The notes beneath the pieces are model-generated. The model saw only the letters and a list, made by a program, of their open reading frames with translations, was not told the origin of the DNA and made no database searches. From NCBI RefSeq assembly GCF_009914755.1, contig NC_060926.1: a stretch of DNA of 64,000 nucleotides, one strand, 5' to 3'. Source of the DNA: the human T2T-CHM13v2.0 reference genome, Homo sapiens. The translations under genes and the position numbers were made by a program. Below, in pieces: positions 57,220 to 64,000 of this stretch. Every line of letters starts with the position of its first letter. Within the stretch, counting starts at the first letter, position 1.

Positions 57220-57365
57220 CTTGTGGCGAAGACAGCGTAGTTCTTCAGGGACCCCGGCTCCTCGGCAGCAGGGGTCTCGCCGCCCTTCCCCTCTAGCGGG
57301 CGTTGGCGGCTGCCAGCCCCAGAGACTTCGTCCTCTAAGCTAAGGGAGGCATGGGCCCCTTCCAT
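57220..57365 (-). CDS. ANKMY1: ANKMY1 first coding exon (MEGAHASLSLEDEVSG...NYAVFATR)
   Basis: ATG at 57365; donor AAG|GTGCGG after 57220; 146 nt (phase 2), matching the next exon. The upstream acceptor/5'UTR is not resolved. Confidence 0.88.
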
Positions 57366-58030
57366 GTCTGTGGTCTTCCAACATGCAAGCGACGTCAGGA
57401 CCGCACATGTGCCCCCAGGGCTCCCGCCGCGAACTCAGAGGGCGCCCGAGGCCCGGCCCGCGGCCCCTGAGCCTCAGAGAACCCAAGCCCCTCCCTGAAC
57501 CGCGCCGGAGCCTGGGCCGCCACCCACAGGTCCCGGACCACCATCCCTGGGAGTCCTCAGGGAGACCTGTCGGAACCATGGGTAAACTTCACCCGCGTCC
57601 CCAGGTGTCCCTGTCCCTTCGTGGGCGGGAATCACAGCAAGGGCGGTCGCGGCCACGTGGCCAGGCCAGGCCCGCACCCACTATCGCCCAGGAGGCGCCG
57701 CTAACAGCGGGTCTCAGCCACGGGCCTCTGAAGCCAGCGCTCGAGGGTGGGCTCGGGAGACGCCGCGCCCACCTAACCCCACGCCCCCAGCCCCTCGGCC
57801 CCTCCCTGGGGTGGGGACCGCGAGCCTGGCGCCCCCCCGCACCCGCCGCCCCACGGAGCTCCGGGATCCCCCTAGCCCCGGCTCCCAGCGCTCCTGTCGC
57901 GAGACCGCACCAAGCAAGACTCGAAGAGCTCGCGCCGGACAGCAGGGAGACCGACGGGACTGCAGCCACCGCGGACGCCCGCGCTCCCGTCCCGACTGCT
58001 TGCCAGCCCTGCGCCTACGGAGAGCGTCGC

Positions 58031-58044
58031 GTTTCCCTGGAGAC
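58031..58044. promoter_or_regulatory. RFX X-box-like element GTTTCCCTGGAGAC
   Basis: 14-bp imperfect palindrome resembling GTTNCCATGGNAAC, in the promoter CpG island. Confidence 0.55.
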
Positions 58045-60199
58045 AGCCCCGCCCCATGCCCGCTGCCACTCTCCGGCTCCGCCAATCCCCCCGCCAGGAC
58101 GCACCCGGCCCCGCCTCCGGGCGTGCCCGCCCTCTGTGACTTCAGGGGCTTGGGGCCGACACCCCGCGGGCCTCGGTGCCAGCCTCCCGCTTACCCGGTC
58201 AGCACCTGGGCCGAGTACCCCTGGGAGAGAAAGCGCTAAATTCCCCCAACACTCCCGTGATGGGGGCACAGGGAGCGCCGTGGGACACCTGAGGAAACTG
58301 AGGCCCAAGTGTTAATTAACTTGCCCTGATCACCTAGCACGTGGAGCCACGACTTGCTCAAGCCCTGCCTGATTCCAGCCCCGGCCTTTGTTCATTCAGT
58401 AAATGTGGAAGGCGCAAGGGTAACTCGAGGCCTGCGGAGGGAACGAGATGAGGGAGGCCGCAAGAGTCACCGCAGAGAAGAGGGATTGGCTGTCTTGGAC
58501 CCTCCGAGGGCCTCGGGGAAGGACTGCAGGAGAGCGGATTCTTGATGGGGCTTCACAGGATGCGCAGGAGCTCTCCAGGCTACAGAGCGCATTTCAGGAA
58601 CTGGACTGGGATGTACAGAGGCACCATGGTGGGAAACAGCTGGGCCTTCCTGCAAAGAGGGGAGAGGCTCTTGGAGGTGCAGGGCTTGCGTTTTCTCAAC
58701 CCAGACTGCCTCTGAGAACAGGGCAGGGGGTGTGAAGAGCTGATGCCCTGGCCCTCCCCACTGGCTAGCTTTCCGGGGACTAAGGACTAAGGCTGGGCCA
58801 GGATTCTGGGGTTCTAGGGGCTCTGCCTCCACACGCCAGTGCCTGTCTGTTGAGTTCACTTCTCTCTAAAATCTCATTTTACACCACGACCCAGTACAAA
58901 CCACTCAGAAAAATGTTTCATTAAAAGTTCGGCATACTACATGCATGCACTCTAATATTTTCATGTAGTCTATTATTTCTCTAAAAACTAAAATGCTGAT
59001 CATGACCCACAGAATTGATTTCACAACCCACATTAGTTGTGAATTACAACTTGCTAAGGAGTCAGAACCAACATGTAGAAACCCTCTGTTCTTAGCAAGC
59101 ACATTCTGGTTACACTGTGGGGGACTAGCACCAAGTCCAGGAGACAGAGGCTGGCCCAGACTAAGTGTGGCAATGAGATGCAGAGACACTTAGGATGAAT
59201 TGGTTCCCAATCCATTACCTCAATGGAGTGGGAGCATGATGGTTCAAGTAGCAGGCTTTGGAGCAGAAAACCCACCTCAACCATCCTCCAACCGTAAAGG
59301 GTGATGATGATTCATGAAACAGTCCAGGAGGAGGAGGGACTTCAGGTTTTGTTTGATTCATTTCAGTGGCCCAACAGTGGCATCAAGGACCTTGGCTCTC
59401 CCATCTCCTCTGCTTTCACCCAAGGCTGGCTTCCCCTTATGGCCATGAGAGAACAGAGGAGCCTTCCAAAGTGCTCTCTCCTTCATGGGTTATTAGACAC
59501 CAAGCTCATTCCCAGAGCAGTCACGGGAGTGTGGCCTTCACTTTTGGCCAGAGACAGAGCCAACTCCTAGAAAGCGGAGGGAGACAGTGTCCCAACCTAA
59601 TCAATGGCTCCCATGAACGCCAGGGAAAAAAAGGGAATTCCACTCCTCCATCCTAGGAAAGTTGGAGTCCTTCCTTAGGGTGGAGGAAGTGGGAAACAGA
59701 TGCTGATAAGACCTCCACGGAGGTGATGTCTGGAGCTGCAACCAGGGAAGACCTGGCTGCAGACATATTTGAGTCTTTAGCTCAAGAGTGAACCCCAGGC
59801 TGCAATAAAGATCTGACAGTTACCAATGCTAGAAGGCTGATGGACAAAGCAATGACGATAACCCAGAGAGAGACTGTATGCAACTGAAACTTCAATTGCT
59901 AAATGTCTGTAGGGCTGTTGAGACAGTTGCTTTTCAGTGTATCCATTGCCTGAAAATTACCAGATGTCAGAAAAATTGAAGGAGTCTTAAATGGCAATTT
60001 CATGGACATTAAGTGATATTAAATTTTTTAAAGTTACAATGCTGACCCCAATAAATTACTTAGAAACAGCAAAAGGAATAGTGTGGTCTATGAAGAAGTG
60101 ATGAAAATAGAAATTAGTTTTATTTTATGAGCCATGTGTTATAATACATAGAAAAAAATGCACCAATTACAAAGCGGGCCACAAAAAGGAATAAACGTA

Positions 60200-61330
60200 A
60201 AGCCGACAACGCAGTCACTAGGGAAAGGGTGAAGACACGGGAACCACGCAGCCCGCCGTCCACGTGCACCGGGTAGCCACGGGGCCCTAGCCGAACGACG
60301 CGGACGCGAAGTGGGCGGGCCCGGCCAAGCCACGCCTCCGCGCCAGACGCCGCAGTAGAGCGGGCAGGGCGCTGCGCCCAAGAGCCACAGACGCAAGCCC
60401 AGTGCCACAGGCCGCGGGGGCGGGGAGGACGGCGCCCGGGGACAGAGAACATGGGACGCAGAGCGGTCCAAGGCCCCGGCGCCCTGGTGAGGCCCAAACC
60501 TCCCGCCATGCCCCGGCCCCAACGAGACCCAAGCCCCCTGTCCCGGCCCAGCGCCCGCGGGGGACCCAAGCCCCAGCCTGGTCCACCTCGGAGGCCTCTA
60601 GGACCCGGGGGCGCCCGGCGGCCCGCCCGGCTCCCACAAATAGACTCCTGGGCGGGCGCCTGAGCCCCCAAAATAGATCCTCAGGGCCCAAAAGCAGACT
60701 CTTCGGCGGGCGCCATGGGACCGGCAGAAGCTGGGCGCCGCGGGGCCGCCTCGCCCGTACCTCCACCGTTGGTGCGCGTCGCGCCCTCACTCTTCCTCGG
60801 GAGCGCGCGAGCCGCGGGCGCGGAGGAGCAGCTGGCGCGCGCGGGAGTCACGCTGTGCGTCAACGTCTCCCGCCAGCAGCCCGGCCCGCGCGCGCCCGGC
60901 GTGGCAGAGCTGCGCGTGCCCGTGTTCGACGACCCGGCTGAGGACCTGCTGGCGCACCTGGAGCCCACGTGCGCCGCCATGGAGGCCGCGGTGCGCGCCG
61001 GCGGCGCCTGCCTAGTCTACTGCAAGAACGGCCGCAGCCGCTCGGCCGCCGTCTGCACCGCGTACCTCATGCGGCACCGCGGCCTCAGCCTGGCGAAGGC
61101 CTTCCAGGTGGGCGGGCCTTTAGGGGGGCGGTGTTTCGAGAGGGGCGTGTCTTCCGGGGACGAGTTTTCCGGGCGGGGCCGGCTTCGGGATTGGGACAGG
61201 CACTTCCGGGAGGGGCGGGTCTCTCTCGTGAGGGCGGGCTTAGGGAAGCAGAGAGGCACTTCCGGGTTGGGCGGGGCCCACTCTTACAGCTGGGCCCGCC
61301 TTGGCCCCTGCTGGCCATTAGCGCGACTTG
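60200..61330. promoter_or_regulatory. CpG island covering the DUSP28 promoter, exon 1 and intron
   Basis: Very high GC/CpG; several GGGCGG and CTTCCGG motifs. Confidence 0.85.
60715..61107 (+). CDS. DUSP28: DUSP28 coding exon 1 (131 codons), atypical dual-specificity phosphatase
   Basis: gccATGG start; LFLGS, FDD acid loop, YCKNGRSRS P-loop and AYLM motifs; donor CAG|GTGGGC. Confidence 0.96.
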
Positions 61331-61359
61331 GGGTTATTCAGTACACTTCTTGTTTGCAG

Positions 61360-61497
61360 ATGGTGAAGAGCGCTCGCCCGGTAGCAGAACCGAACCCGGG
61401 CTTCTGGTCTCAGCTCCAGAAGTATGAGGAGGCCCTCCAGGCCCAGTCCTGCCTGCAGGGAGAGCCCCCAGCCTTAGGGTTGGGCCCTGAGGCTTGA
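61360..61497 (+). CDS. DUSP28: DUSP28 coding exon 2 (MVKSARPVAEPNPGFWSQLQKYE...PEA*); spliced product 176 aa
   Basis: tttgcAG|ATG acceptor; PNxGFxxQL DUSP motif; TGA ends at 61497. Confidence 0.95.
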   Translation: MVKSARPVAEPNPGFWSQLQKYEEALQAQSCLQGEPPALGLGPEA

Positions 61498-62073
61498 AGC
61501 TTGAAGGCCTGCTGCCTGGAGGAAGGATGTCCCTGCACTGATACAGAAGGCTGGTCTTTACCCTTCTTCCTCACTGTCATATCGAGTTTTCCTTTGTGTG
61601 TGTGTGTGTGAAACATAGTGCTTTTAATTTTATATTTCCGGCTGAGGTGATGCACAAATTATCTTACAGACACAAAAAGAAATACATTTGGTAAAACATC
61701 GAAGACAAATTAAGAAAAAGCAAATAGGGATCCTCCATTATTTACACTCCAGAATCTTGAGTGTTTGGGGGTGCCGGCGCATTCTACCAGTCTCAGGGAA
61801 GGACATGAGTACAGACTACAGTAATCAGAATCTGAGTCATAGGTGAAATCAGGAAAAGCAACTCTTCTTGTGTTTATTTTTAGTAGTGTCATAAGAACGG
61901 ACTAGTTCTTCCTGCGTGACCACGGATGCTTCTGTTTGAGAAAATGCATACCCACGTGGGACATTTAGATCAAGAAAGCTGTTGATGAAGACATTGTTGA
62001 AGGGCAACTTGGGTGATTGGGGAATTATTCTCTTCATCAGCCCCTCTGCAATACAGCTGGAGCTGTCCCATAG

Positions 62074-62415
<342 letters not shown>

Positions 62416-63239
62416 TCCTTTTTCTATTACTAGAGAACTCCAGGACATTAAGAATTTCAAAAGTGATTTTTTCACCCATGGCTTCTACGGTGACAGAGTA
62501 TGGTGTTCCTGTAGGGAAACAAAGCCAAGTTTTTTTGCTCCTTTCACTAAAGCTGCTTCATCCGGGGAGGAAGCCTGGTAGATTATAATATTTCCAGGGA
62601 TAACAGTGTGGCACACAGATAACAGGGTAAGAAATTGGTCTATATAGTTTTCTGTGGGATGGCCATTCTCAATGTTCTCCAATAAACTGGGGTAATTAAA
62701 ATATCAGGGCTCGGATGGAAGGTGTTGCACCATAAATGACACCTGCAGTGGTACTTGTTAAATGTCTTAACATTGCAAGTGAGGGTTCCCATTTTATCAG
62801 AAAATAGAAATTTTACCTGCCCAAGTTCTTCACTGAGATTGAATGTGCTGGCCATGGTGTGGACACTATTTACTTTATAATGCACATCTTGATCCCAGTT
62901 TATAAACTGGGCCTGAATATATTTCACAATTTCCATAGTGACCAGCAGACTAATGGGGATGAGGTACTGTTATAAGATGATGAACACCAGTATGTCAAAC
63001 ACAATGCTGTGAGCTGGAATCCTCTTTCAGGTACCAAATGTCACCATACTTTTTATTCCATAGCACGGCTCCCACGCAGCTCACTACAGACATGACCAGA
63101 GCAGCAGGAACCAAAGGGAGACCCGCCCATTGTCACTTTCTTAATCTCTGATCTCTTGAGGTGATTTGACAGAATTCTGCAGGAATTTGGTTTCAAAGCC
63201 AGTGTAAACAACTATGCCAGTGATCCACTGAGCATTTCT

Positions 63240-63531
63240 TTTTTTTTTTTCTTGAGACGGAGTCTCACTCTGGTGCCCAGGCTGGAGTGGGCGCCATCTT
63301 GGCTCACTGCAAGCTCCGCCTCCCGGCTTCATGCCATTCTCGTCCTTCAGCCTCCTGAGTGGCTGGGATTACAGGCGCCCGCCACCACGCCTAGCTAATT
63401 TCTTTGTATTTTTGGTAGAGACGGGGTTTCACTGTGTTAGCCAGGATGGTCTCAATCTCCTGACCTCATGATCCTCCCGCCTCGGCCTCCCAAAGCGCTG
63501 GGATTACAGGCGTGAGCCACCTCGCCCGGCC
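63240..63531 (-). mobile_element. AluY inserted in the ATP8A2-like pseudogene
   Basis: TSD atccactgagcatttct (63223-63239 / 63533-63549) duplicates the RNAQW codons. Confidence 0.92.
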
Positions 63532-64000
63532 AATCCACTGAGCATTTCTAAGCTGTGTATCTCTTAACAAGACCCAGTCAGGCCCTATTGGAACAGGGCT
63601 TTTACCACCTAGGCGGAAGCTCAGCCATTGAAATGACGATCAGGTGCTTCACGGTCTATTTTTCCAGATAGGCCTAACAGCTGGTTTTCTGTTTGCATTT
63701 CAGCTGTTTCTGGCAAAGCCTGCCGTGTCTTACATTTGTCTCTCTATCCGGATTAGATGTTGCTATATGAACACATCGGGACTGTGTCTGCAGGAAGGAG
63801 CTCCCCATTCGAGGCCTTCACAGTGTCACCCACATTCACCTCTTTCCACTTAAACGTGTCCCATGAATCTTGTCATAACAGTTTTGTGTTCCTTAACTAT
63901 TTTGTCTGCCATGTCATTTATGATGTATATAACCTCTTTAATGCCTGAAATCATAAGAATAATCATCAAAGGCAAGAGGGTTGTATATTTTCCCGTTGGA

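Larger units (their letters stand above)
57150..58290. promoter_or_regulatory. CpG island / ANKMY1 promoter and 5' region
   Basis: Dense CpG; GC boxes near 58047 and 58109; CCAAT at 58082; X-box-like element at 58031-58044; candidate non-coding exon donor CGG|GTGCGG after 57843. Confidence 0.8.

Noticed and set aside
57593-58020. Exact non-coding first exon of ANKMY1 (candidate donors after 57843 and 57593)
   Set aside because: TSS and donor choice cannot be fixed from sequence alone, so it is not called as a separate feature
57383-58315. 310-aa plus-strand ORF in the ANKMY1 promoter
   Set aside because: Pro/Arg/Ala-rich CpG-island read-through with no recognisable domain
60715-61497. DUSP28 as a single-exon 260-aa protein
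   Set aside because: Canonical GT-AG sites excise 84 non-homologous codons and restore the compact DUSP fold; kept only as a retention hypothesis
62485-62936. Functional P4-ATPase exons
   Set aside because: Frameshifts, stops, Alu insertions within codons, altered DKTGT and a large deletion

Overview
Human-type (primate) genomic DNA, recognisable as the ANKMY1/DUSP28 locus (2q37.3 from memory). ANKMY1 lies on the minus strand. I reconstructed 13 coding exons from the ATG at 57365 down to the window edge at 1 (869 codons). The 12 introns between them are all GT-AG and phase-consistent. The exons encode 4 MORN repeats followed by ankyrin repeats; the C-terminal MYND finger would lie beyond position 1. 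DUSP28 (176 aa, two coding exons) is on the plus strand, head-to-head with ANKMY1. An intronless, Alu-interrupted and internally deleted ATP8A2-like P4-ATPase pseudogene lies antisense just downstream of DUSP28. The 23.4-kb ANKMY1 intron (29547-52944) is mostly transposons, including a nested stack: old L1 > MER4-type LTR > two-LTR ERV1 provirus with a tRNA-Glu PBS > full-length L1PA2-like element and Alus. I found no convincing new multi-gene system. The best leads are sequence-level inferences: a phase-compatible L1 ORF0-ANKMY1 fusion, an antisense exon inside DUSP28 that is in frame with ANKMY1, a stop-free in-frame DUSP28 intron rich in ETS sites, a splice donor amplified into a minisatellite, and a possible lost ATP8A2 retrogene. 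Repeat subfamily names come from recall of consensus sequences and need RepeatMasker/Dfam confirmation.
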